Positions 9,732-18,213 of a DNA stretch of 39,086 nt are shown here, piece by piece. The position numbers and the translations under genes were made by a program. The DNA comes from Verrucomicrobiota bacterium. Lineage in GTDB: Bacteria > Verrucomicrobiota > Verrucomicrobiia > Opitutales > Cerasicoccaceae. The number at the start of each line of letters is the position of its first letter. Position 1 is the stretch's first letter. Under the pieces are notes generated by a model. The model made no database searches. It saw only the letters and a list, made by a program, of their open reading frames with translations, and had not been told where the DNA came from. The stretch covers positions 1 to 39,086 of the forward strand of contig JBCBUK010000023.1 of the NCBI GenBank assembly GCA_039818205.1, read 5' to 3'.

Positions 9732-12062
9732 ATGCCACTAGAAGAATCAATCATCGAGCTCTTAGGCTCAAAAAGCTATTCCCCCCTACGCCAGGAGGAG
9801 CTTGCCGATACCTTAGGCCTCAAAAAGAACGACAGAAAGAAGTTACGACGCACCCTTCACAAACTCTTGGATGAAGGAGTCATTGCGCGCGTGAAGAAGG
9901 ACCGATTCGTCCTGCCCAAGGATGCCGATCTTGTTTCAGGAACAATCCAGTTCCGACAAAGCGGCTCGGCCCGCATGTTGCCCGATCCAAAACCCGGTCA
10001 GGCAACCAGAGACCCCTTGGAAATTCGAGCGGAGGATACGGGAGTCGCCCTTCACGGTGACAAAGTCCTCGTCCGAATCGAAGACGACAACAAACGGTTC
10101 CGAGGCGGATTCCGTTCTGGTCGGCGGCGGGATGATAACTACGGCAACCAAAAATATGCTCGAGTGATCCGTATTCTGCAGCGTGCCCGCGATACGATGC
10201 CCGGGACGCTTAAGCGATCTCGCATGTTCTGGTACGTGATCCCCGACGATCCAAGAATCATCCAGGACATTTTGGTCTCCCCGCCCGAGAATCTACCGAT
10301 CATCCCAAGTCCGAAAGAAGAGGATAAAGTGATCGTCCGCATGCTGGAGTGGAAACAGCGTCACATGAACCCCGAGGGCGAGATTATTGAAGTGCTCGGA
10401 AAGACCCACGAGCCCGGTGCCGAATTCAAGGCATTGCTGCACAAGTTTGATTTATCCCCCGAGTTTCCAACCGCAGTCAGCGAGCAGGTATTGGATATCG
10501 CTCCGAAGGTCAGCAACAAGGATATCGGGAATCGAAAAGACTGCCGAAAGCTCTTCACGTTCACCATCGATCCTGATGATGCCAAGGACTTTGATGACGC
10601 CCTATCAATCGAAGTTCGCAAAGGTGGTGGCGTTCGAATCGGCATTCACATCGCCGATGTTTCCGCATATGTGAAGCATAACTCGCCACTCGACCGCGAG
10701 GCACAAAAACGGGGCAACTCGACCTATCTGGTCGGCTGCGTGATCCCGATGTTGCCCCACGCCTTATCCAATGGCATCTGTTCGCTCGTGGAGGCCGAAG
10801 ACCGATTGGTTAAGACGGTCTGGCTAAACTTTGACGCAAAGGGTATTCTACGCGGGCAGTCCTTTTCCAACTCGGTCATCCGCTCCAACAAACGCTTAAC
10901 TTATGGCCAAGCGTTAGCGCTGCTGAAAGAAGACGACCTGCAGGCAGTACGGGACCTACCGCTTCCTCCTGCCCACCAGACTGGGTCCACGGGCCGCGCA
11001 CTGAACGATCTCAGCGACGAGGAACTCACCGAGCTACAAACTGGAGTCCGCCACCTATGGGCGGTTGCCTCAAAGCTGCGGAAAAGCCGTTTCAAAAAGG
11101 GCAGCCTCGAGCTTGATATGCCCGAAGTGAAAATTTATGTCGATCCCGACGGCTATGCCGATCGAATTGTACAGATCGAATACGACGAGAGTCACCAATT
11201 GATCGAAGAGTTCATGCTGATTGCCAATGAAGTCGTTGCGAAACAGCTCTCGATGGCTGGCCTACCCTACCTGTCCCGGGTTCACGACGAACCAGATCCA
11301 GACAAGCTCAATGAGCTGCGCCAGCAGATGATCATTGCCGGCTTGAAATGTGGCGACCTGACCAAGCGCGGCGAGGTGACCCGGCTTCTGCGGCAGATCA
11401 AAGATCACCCCCAGGGATATACGTTGAGAATCTCCTTTCTTCGCAGCCTCAAGCAAGCCTGTTATCGTGCGGAAGCCGATGGCCACTATGGCTTGCATAA
11501 GCAGTTCTACGCCCACTTCACCTCACCGATCCGGCGGTACTCTGACTTGATTGTGCATCGCATATTCGATTTTCATTTGACCAAATCCGGCAATGACACC
11601 GCACCCTCGCGCCCACCGAAAATCTACTCGAAAAACGAACTCGACCGTTTAGGCGAACACGTCTCCATCACGGAACGAAACAGCCAGGAGGCCGAACGAG
11701 AATCCAATAAGATAAAACTCCTTGAATATTTTGAGCGAGAGACCGACCGGCCGAAAAAGCAAATTTTCCAAGCCGTCATCACCGATGCGCGCAACCACGG
11801 ATTGTTTATCGAGCTCACTCATTCAATGGCCTTTGGATTGGTGCATATTTCGACGCTCCAAGACGATATCTATCATGTCGTTGACGGAGGCGCCGCACTG
11901 CTAGGTCGCAAAAAACAGAAACGCTACAGTGTGGGGGATACGGTAGATGTTCAGATTGAAAGGGTCGACCGTTTCAAGCGACAAATGGATTTTCGTTTAT
12001 TGGACCAAATTGAAGAAAAACCAAGCCGGCGGCCAGGACGTCGCCGAAGAAGAGACCGCTAA
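9732..12062 (+). CDS. rnr: Ribonuclease R
   Basis: N-terminal HTH and cold-shock domains, catalytic TIDPDDAKDFDDA, IEEFMLIAN, HFTSPIRRYSDL, C-terminal S1 domain and basic tail. Confidence 0.93.
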   Translation: MPLEESIIELLGSKSYSPLRQEELADTLGLKKNDRKKLRRTLHKLLDEGVIARVKKDRFVLPKDADLVSGTIQFRQSGSARMLPDPKPGQATRDPLEIRAEDTGVALHGDKVLVRIEDDNKRFRGGFRSGRRRDDNYGNQKYARVIRILQRARDTMPGTLKRSRMFWYVIPDDPRIIQDILVSPPENLPIIPSPKEEDKVIVRMLEWKQRHMNPEGEIIEVLGKTHEPGAEFKALLHKFDLSPEFPTAVSEQVLDIAPKVSNKDIGNRKDCRKLFTFTIDPDDAKDFDDALSIEVRKGGGVRIGIHIADVSAYVKHNSPLDREAQKRGNSTYLVGCVIPMLPHALSNGICSLVEAEDRLVKTVWLNFDAKGILRGQSFSNSVIRSNKRLTYGQALALLKEDDLQAVRDLPLPPAHQTGSTGRALNDLSDEELTELQTGVRHLWAVASKLRKSRFKKGSLELDMPEVKIYVDPDGYADRIVQIEYDESHQLIEEFMLIANEVVAKQLSMAGLPYLSRVHDEPDPDKLNELRQQMIIAGLKCGDLTKRGEVTRLLRQIKDHPQGYTLRISFLRSLKQACYRAEADGHYGLHKQFYAHFTSPIRRYSDLIVHRIFDFHLTKSGNDTAPSRPPKIYSKNELDRLGEHVSITERNSQEAERESNKIKLLEYFERETDRPKKQIFQAVITDARNHGLFIELTHSMAFGLVHISTLQDDIYHVVDGGAALLGRKKQKRYSVGDTVDVQIERVDRFKRQMDFRLLDQIEEKPSRRPGRRRRRDR

Positions 12063-12100
12063 ATTTGACCTGATTCAAACAATTCACATAGTTCGCCACC

Positions 12101-12646
12101 ATGAAAAACTACGATTACCAGCTGACATTAGAATCCCTTTGGGAAAAAGCCGTCACGCAATACAAAGATGGCCAACGCGGAGCCAACACCTATTTCTCGG
12201 AAGACGAGACGCAATGGCTTCGGGAGAATGGAATCACGCCCCAAGAAATCTATGATTTTGCCGAGGACCATAATAACTACGATAGTGATCCCGATTTCAT
12301 CACTTTTGCGACCATTACCAACGTCCGCCGCTCTTACTTCCTCAATCAAATGGGCGGTCAGTACACGGGAAAGACCGTGCCACCATCGGAGTACCCCGCG
12401 AAAAACGATGCCGTTGACGGCATCGTTTGGCTGCCTCGCCTAATTGAAAAGGCTCGCACGAAGCTGCGCGGAGAACTCGATAGTGACACCATGTATGATT
12501 GCGGTGGGGACCGTAAATTTTTCAAACAGCACGACATCAGCCCATCGGAATTCCTCCAATTCGTTGCCAGGAATTTTGACGATGGTCAGGCAATTATCAG
12601 CTGGGTGAAGCAACGCTCCCCTGCAATCGAGTCTGTATCTGCATAA
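12101..12646 (+). CDS. DUF5069-like protein, paralog 1
   Basis: GIVWLPRLIEKARTKLRGEL..DTMYDCGGDRKFF resembles DUF5069. About 60% identical to the next ORF by manual alignment. Confidence 0.75.
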   Translation: MKNYDYQLTLESLWEKAVTQYKDGQRGANTYFSEDETQWLRENGITPQEIYDFAEDHNNYDSDPDFITFATITNVRRSYFLNQMGGQYTGKTVPPSEYPAKNDAVDGIVWLPRLIEKARTKLRGELDSDTMYDCGGDRKFFKQHDISPSEFLQFVARNFDDGQAIISWVKQRSPAIESVSA

Positions 12647-12663
12647 TATCAAATCTAACTCTC

Positions 12664-13191
12664 ATGGAACACTACGATTACCACGTCCGCCTAAATGAAC
12701 TTTGGCAGAAGGCCGTCGACCTGTATAAGTCCGGCCAGGAAGGTGCCGAATCCTACTTTAGCGAAGAAGAAACTGCCTGGCTCGCTCAGAATGGCATTAC
12801 GGCACAAGAAATTTATGACTTCGCCGAGGATTATAACGATGTTGGCGAACCCAACTTCACCACCTTCGCGATGATTACCGATGTGCGGCGAAGCTATTTC
12901 CTCAACGAAATGAAGGGCGAGAAGACAGGCAATGTCACCGATCCCGGGTCTTACGCCGCTAAGGACTCGGAAGCAGCAGGCATCCGCTGGCTACCACGAA
13001 TCATCGGGAAGGCCCGTGCCAAACTCCGTGGCGAGCTGTCTCCAGACACCATGTATAGCTGTGGGGGTGATCGGAAATTCCTCAAGGAAAACGACATCCA
13101 CGCTGCACAGTTTTTGCAAGTCGTCGCAGAAAATTTTGACAACGACGATGCGATCATCGATTGGGTAAAAAAGGAGACCAACAAGGCCTAA
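12664..13191 (+). CDS. DUF5069-like protein, paralog 2
   Basis: GIRWLPRIIGKARAKLRGEL..DTMYSCGGDRKFL. Tandem duplicate 17 bp downstream of paralog 1. Confidence 0.75.
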   Translation: MEHYDYHVRLNELWQKAVDLYKSGQEGAESYFSEEETAWLAQNGITAQEIYDFAEDYNDVGEPNFTTFAMITDVRRSYFLNEMKGEKTGNVTDPGSYAAKDSEAAGIRWLPRIIGKARAKLRGELSPDTMYSCGGDRKFLKENDIHAAQFLQVVAENFDNDDAIIDWVKKETNKA

Positions 13192-13219
13192 CCCGCAGAA
13201 GAGCCCGTCAATTTAATCG

Positions 13220-13244
13220 CAAGCCTGGGAATATCTCAGGCTTG
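13220..13244 (+). terminator. Hairpin after the rnr-DUF5069 run (possible terminator)
   Basis: CAAGCCTGGGA-ATA-TCTCAGGCTTG forms an 11-bp stem with one G-U pair, but the U-tract is weak. Confidence 0.45.
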
Positions 13245-13297
13245 TCGCGTTTCCGTTATGTGCTAGCGTCGTTGATCTTCGAAACCTACACAGTAGA

Positions 13298-14683
13298 ATG
13301 AATATCGTTACAAAATCGTTTTTGGTATCCGTCACCTGCCTTGGCGCGGCACTCCTTCCGGCATCCTTAACCGCCGCAAAAGTGCTGCCGGTCCTGAACA
13401 GTCGGATCGTCGACCACACAATAACCGGTTCTGGGGTTACGGTTAGAATTGATTTAGATACGATTTTCGGCACCGAAGAAATTGATGACCAGGCGGTGCG
13501 GTTCACCTCGCAGTTTCCCCTAGACAGCAGCGACAAGTTTGTGATCGACCTCGCGTTGTTCAGCAATCGGACCCCGATCACCCGCACAAATTTCCTGACC
13601 TACGTCAACAGCGGCGCCTACGACAACCAATTCATCCATCGTCGACCACGAACTGATTTCGTTATCCAAGGTGGCAGCTGGTTTGTAAATTCTGACCCCA
13701 GCCTGACGCCGATCACTCCGAACGACCCCATTCAGAACGAGTTTGGAATATCGAATACCGAGTGGACGCTTTCCATGGCAAAACTCTCTGGTGATCCCGA
13801 CAGCGCGACAAGTGGATGGTTCATTAGTATTAGCGAAAATTCAGCGATTCTCGACCCGCAAAATGGTGGCTTCACGGTGTTTGGCCGCGTGCTACAATCA
13901 ACGCAGGATGACACAGCATTCCTCAGTTCAACCGACAACTTTCCGGTTCAAACGCTCAATGCAACTTTCGCTGAGATTCCATTGAACAATTTCGTATCGC
14001 CAAGCCTCTTTATTGAGAACCTCAATCTTTTCAGCTCGGCAACCCTTGTGCCAGTTACAGGAGCCGATGCAGGCGAATTGACCGACCTGACATATGCGGT
14101 GGTGACGAACAACAACGAGTCGCTATTCCAAGCTTCCATCGATGGCAATGACCTGGTCCTCACGACCACTCCGAATGGCTTCGGGAATGGAGCATTGCTC
14201 CTGACCGCAACTGACAGTGTGGGCAACATTGTAGAAACGACCGCGACCTTCGTCGTTGAACCATCGACCTTTGACTACTGGCGAAGCCAGAACTTTACGG
14301 GTGACGACATCACCGATGATGCCGTTAGCGGGCCAACTGCAGACTTCAATAACGATGGTTTCACGAATTTAGATGATTACAGCATTGGTGATGAAATACT
14401 CGCTTTTCGTGGACCTCAAACCCTTTCCGAATTCACGATCAACGATACGTCAGATACGCCAACGCTGGTGTTTCCATTTCGCAACGACGTTACCGATATC
14501 GAGTTCACGATCGAGTACAGTCCTGATCTTGGGGCGACGCCTTGGGCCTCAATCCCATTTAACATTACCGATCGCACCACCGATGGCATCCTCGATACAA
14601 TCACCGTCGAAATAGATACCTCCGGCCTGACTCCAGGTGCGGATGCATTCTTCCGGCGGGGGATTCGATTTATCACAAACTAG
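13298..14683 (+). CDS. Secreted cyclophilin-type peptidyl-prolyl isomerase with C-terminal extension
   Basis: Signal peptide. Cyclophilin motifs TPITRTNFLTYV, FIHR, FVIQGG, TLSMAK, SATSGWFI and FTVFGRV. Followed by an Ig/cadherin-like segment and an acidic C-terminal module. Confidence 0.88.
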   Translation: MNIVTKSFLVSVTCLGAALLPASLTAAKVLPVLNSRIVDHTITGSGVTVRIDLDTIFGTEEIDDQAVRFTSQFPLDSSDKFVIDLALFSNRTPITRTNFLTYVNSGAYDNQFIHRRPRTDFVIQGGSWFVNSDPSLTPITPNDPIQNEFGISNTEWTLSMAKLSGDPDSATSGWFISISENSAILDPQNGGFTVFGRVLQSTQDDTAFLSSTDNFPVQTLNATFAEIPLNNFVSPSLFIENLNLFSSATLVPVTGADAGELTDLTYAVVTNNNESLFQASIDGNDLVLTTTPNGFGNGALLLTATDSVGNIVETTATFVVEPSTFDYWRSQNFTGDDITDDAVSGPTADFNNDGFTNLDDYSIGDEILAFRGPQTLSEFTINDTSDTPTLVFPFRNDVTDIEFTIEYSPDLGATPWASIPFNITDRTTDGILDTITVEIDTSGLTPGADAFFRRGIRFITN

Positions 14684-14721
14684 ACGCGTTGGCTCATCAG
14701 ACGAGAGAAGCCGAAGGCCGG

Positions 14722-16896
14722 TTAAAACAACTCGCCCTGAACGCTCTCTGTGGCCTCACCAAGGAACTCTGCGTAGCGCTTGTGCCATTCGTCCAACTTG
14801 CGAAGATAATAATTCGGATCGTAAGGCAAGGTCTGCGCATCAAACGAATCTAACGGACGCGCCGTCTGCCAATCAGGGTTCTTTTTCTTCTCCCCATAAG
14901 TGATGAAGTATTTCACATACTCACCCATACGTGGAATTGGATCCAGTCGCAACGCCACCTCTAATGACGCGCGACGTGATTTGGTTCCCGCTTCGACCGC
15001 ACTCCGATAGGCTTCGGGATTTTGGGATAGATATTCGCGCTTGGCCAACTGGCCAACGGGCACGTCGCTAGAAGCGAGCTGCTCACGGTATTGAGTTTCG
15101 AGCTCCATCGGCGTGTCTTCCGTAGCCCCGAGCCGCCAATAAATCAATCGGTTCGTAAGATTCTTTAGAATCGGTTCCATACCGCGAGAGCGCAAAGCCG
15201 ATCCCGCGATACTCACCTTCTCACCATCATAGAGCGCATAGTTCTTTGCCTTGTAGCAAAACATCGATTGATACCGACCGTCGAATTCGAGCTCAATCCC
15301 ATCCGGCATAATCTGGCTCACTTTGTCGAGCAAAGTTTCCGGAGTCGAAAAGTATTCCTCGCTCGCCAGATAGATTCCATCGGTATCGGCTTCCAAAACC
15401 GTGCACCCAAGGCGCTCAAACTCCGCAATCAATTGCTGAATCAACCCCCTTCCCTGCTTCGTAACTTCGGCAGCCAGATCACCATCGGCAAAGCGGGCTC
15501 CACCAAATCCAAGATATCCGTAGAAGGAATTGATCAAAATCTTATAGCTAGCCTGCCGCGCATCGTATTCTTTGCGCAGCACCGGATCAGTCTCCTCCCG
15601 GGCGAGTTTCTTATACTCCAGGCGATAGGTCCGCAATTCTTTGAGCATGGGAATGAATACGCCCAGCGAATCATTCACGGGATTGCGGTCGAGGTGCAGG
15701 AGCAAGCTCGGATAGAGCGAAGCCACATCGAAGTGCAACACGTTTTGGTAAACGCCTTGGACAAAACTTTTGCTGAATGCCCCGGCATAGGGTTTCACTT
15801 CACTGGGCTGGGGGATGGATTGGTTGGCGTGAAAATACTTCTCGAGAAACAATAGATCGACCTTGGCACCAGTTCCGCGAAGACAGGCCTCCTGGAGAGT
15901 CATTGGAAACACTTGTACCTGAGCGACGTAAGTCGGCAAAAGCAATGCCGCAATGCCTTCCGTCTCCCGCAAATCGTCGACCAAGTAAGCCCGAAACTGT
16001 TCGCGATCCTCGGAAAACATCACCTGGATTTTCTCCGGCTCGATATAAGTTCGATCGTCGGCCTCCGTGGTCACGCCAAGATACTTCGCCGCCGCTTTCA
16101 AAGTATAAGAAGGCAAATCCCGCGTTGTGACATCATACAGTTGAATCGCCAGGAAGGTATCGAATATGGTGCGACCAGGCAGATCACAACGTGGAAAATC
16201 GATCCATCTCTCAGCGACCCGCAAGCGACTATTGCGGAATGTCGCCTTCTGCCCGAAGCGTCCCCAAGCGCACGGCACTTTGAATCGCCGGCAGCGATGC
16301 TTCAGGAAGTCGAAATCGAACTTGAAAATATTGTGACCTTCAATGATGTCCGGATCCCAATCGGCAAGAACCTCATTTAGTTCCTTCAGGATCGCCGTTT
16401 CCGATTCATCATCGATCGCGACAACCTCCAACAGCTGAGTCCGCTCCCCCATTCGCAAACCAATCGCAATCACCCGGTCATCTCCACGGGTGGGATCCGG
16501 AAAACGGTTCGGCTCGCCGCTAAACGTTTCGATATCCAACTGGCACCGTCGCAACTCTCCAAAGGTCATCCCGTTAAAAAAGCGCTGTTTCGACGTCATC
16601 AAAAACTGATGCTCCAGCGGCTTAAGCGTCTCGAACGAAGCCTCACCTTTCTGCGCTTTGAGAAAATCTGTCAGTTCTTTCGGGGAATCCAGAGCCTTTC
16701 GCCACTGATAGGCACCCTCTCCGCCCAGGCGCTCCGATCCTTCAAGATCTTGATCCAACCACGTAAATGGCCGAAAGCTGAAGGAAGTCGTCAAGCGGAC
16801 ACCGCCACTTTCAACTTGGGCAGCCTGCACTTGCCCGGCTTTATCCAACCAAATTCCGGTTATCGGCTTTTTGCTATCTGACACCCAAACAAGCAA
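14722..16896 (-). CDS. polB: Family B DNA polymerase with 3'-5' exonuclease domain
   Basis: ExoI LDIET, ExoII GHNIFKFD, ExoIII YLVDD. Motif A FDVASLYPS, motif B KILINSFYGYLG, motif C EADTDG, then KNYA. Start may be the GTG at 16884. Confidence 0.92.
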   Translation of the reverse strand: MLVWVSDSKKPITGIWLDKAGQVQAAQVESGGVRLTTSFSFRPFTWLDQDLEGSERLGGEGAYQWRKALDSPKELTDFLKAQKGEASFETLKPLEHQFLMTSKQRFFNGMTFGELRRCQLDIETFSGEPNRFPDPTRGDDRVIAIGLRMGERTQLLEVVAIDDESETAILKELNEVLADWDPDIIEGHNIFKFDFDFLKHRCRRFKVPCAWGRFGQKATFRNSRLRVAERWIDFPRCDLPGRTIFDTFLAIQLYDVTTRDLPSYTLKAAAKYLGVTTEADDRTYIEPEKIQVMFSEDREQFRAYLVDDLRETEGIAALLLPTYVAQVQVFPMTLQEACLRGTGAKVDLLFLEKYFHANQSIPQPSEVKPYAGAFSKSFVQGVYQNVLHFDVASLYPSLLLHLDRNPVNDSLGVFIPMLKELRTYRLEYKKLAREETDPVLRKEYDARQASYKILINSFYGYLGFGGARFADGDLAAEVTKQGRGLIQQLIAEFERLGCTVLEADTDGIYLASEEYFSTPETLLDKVSQIMPDGIELEFDGRYQSMFCYKAKNYALYDGEKVSIAGSALRSRGMEPILKNLTNRLIYWRLGATEDTPMELETQYREQLASSDVPVGQLAKREYLSQNPEAYRSAVEAGTKSRRASLEVALRLDPIPRMGEYVKYFITYGEKKKNPDWQTARPLDSFDAQTLPYDPNYYLRKLDEWHKRYAEFLGEATESVQGELF

Positions 16897-17000
16897 GGGA
16901 CTTTGCCACGGTTCTGCAACCCCAACCTAGCCCGGACCACAAGCCGCACTCCCCCCTTGACAGTCGGCTGCGACATGACTCAATCCTGACGGTTTGTCTA

Positions 17001-17852
17001 ATGAAGTTTCATAAGTATCACGCTCTGGGGAACGATTACCTCGTTCTCGATCCGAAAGATGGCAATCTACCCACGCCAAAACAAATCGTGGCCGTCTGCC
17101 ACCGTAACTTTGGGCTTGGCTCCGACGGAATTCTCTATGGCCCACTAAAAACCGAAAATGCCGACTTTGGGCTGCAGATTTGGAACCCCGACGGTTCTGA
17201 GGCCGAAAAGAGCGGAAATGGTCTGCGCATTTTTGCCCGCTACCTTTTCGATCAGGGTCAAGTTGGCGCACAACCCTTCACGGTTGAAACCCCTGGCGGA
17301 ATCGTGAAAATCGAGATTCACAACGACGGAGCGGCCATCGAGGTCGAGATGGGCCAGGTCTCCTTCCACAGCGACATCATTCCAGTTACCGGCGAATCAC
17401 GCGAGGTGCTCGACGAATCCGTGGAGATCAATGGCAATACCTACCAGTATTACGCTGCGACGATCGGCAACCCTCACGTGGTGCTCCCACTTGACGAGCA
17501 CACGCCCACTCTTGCCTGCGAACTTGGACCCGTCCTTGAGAATATGACTGAGCGCTTTCCCAATCGGACAAACGTCCAGTTGCTCAAGATATTGGACCGC
17601 AACAATATACAGATCGAAATCTGGGAACGCGGTGCCGGCTACACCCTCGCCTCGGGTTCCAGCAGCAGCGCGGCAGCCGCCGTTGCCCACAAAATGGGCG
17701 TATGTGACAATTCCATCATGGTTCACTGCCCCGGAGGTGATATAAAAATCAACATCGGCGAGAACTATGCTGTTACAATGACGGGGCCAGCGACCCGGGT
17801 CGGCGAATTCCTTATGGACTCCGGCGTACCCGACCAGGTTATTCCTGGCTAA
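17001..17852 (+). CDS. dapF: Diaminopimelate epimerase-family protein (Ser/Ser active-site variant)
   Basis: KYHALGNDY, RNFGLGSDG, NPDGSEAEKSGNG, IGNPH, FPNRTNV and ERGAGYTLASGS. The fold is clear, but both canonical Cys are Ser, so the activity is unconfirmed. Confidence 0.8.
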   Translation: MKFHKYHALGNDYLVLDPKDGNLPTPKQIVAVCHRNFGLGSDGILYGPLKTENADFGLQIWNPDGSEAEKSGNGLRIFARYLFDQGQVGAQPFTVETPGGIVKIEIHNDGAAIEVEMGQVSFHSDIIPVTGESREVLDESVEINGNTYQYYAATIGNPHVVLPLDEHTPTLACELGPVLENMTERFPNRTNVQLLKILDRNNIQIEIWERGAGYTLASGSSSSAAAAVAHKMGVCDNSIMVHCPGGDIKINIGENYAVTMTGPATRVGEFLMDSGVPDQVIPG

Positions 17853-17903
17853 CGCTTGCCTCCAAGGTGTTAATTGGCATAATAATCGCAGCAACAAGAA
17901 TTT

Positions 17904-18155
17904 ATGAGACCAGAAGCGGAAGGAAAAGAGAACAAAGCGAGCCTACTCGGACTTGGGCTCGATTGCAAAGACGGACATAAGCGTATTACTCAAGGCGAAA
18001 AATTTTCAATTGTCGGTGGTTCTCAAGAGACCCACGACCGCATGACCGAGACAGTTGTGAAGACCTTCGAAGACCTGAAACGCAAAGGACGAGAACTCGA
18101 AAATACCGCCCCGCAAGAGGTCGCCGAACTATTGCATAAAAATACTCCTGATTAA
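17904..18155 (+). CDS. Small hypothetical protein
   Basis: 83-aa ATG ORF filling the intergenic gap, with globular-looking LLGLGLDCKDGHKRITQG..FSIVGGSQETH. Possible promoter TTGCCT-N16-CATAAT at 17856-17883. Confidence 0.75.
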   Translation: MRPEAEGKENKASLLGLGLDCKDGHKRITQGEKFSIVGGSQETHDRMTETVVKTFEDLKRKGRELENTAPQEVAELLHKNTPD

Positions 18156-18177
18156 GCATTTACGTTATTTACCGCAC

Positions 18178-18206
18178 TTGACAAGTGAGTGACAGTTTTC
18201 AAAACT
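18178..18206 (+). promoter_or_regulatory. Possible sigma70 promoter giving a near-leaderless transcript
   Basis: Perfect TTGACA, 17-nt spacer, degenerate -10 AAAACT. The ATG follows 7 nt later with no SD sequence. Confidence 0.35.
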
Positions 18207-18213
18207 TAGACCT

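Noticed and set aside
14722..16896. PolB as a marker of a casposon, pipolin or prophage
   Set aside because: No cas1, integrase, terminal repeats or compositional shift nearby. The flanks are housekeeping genes.
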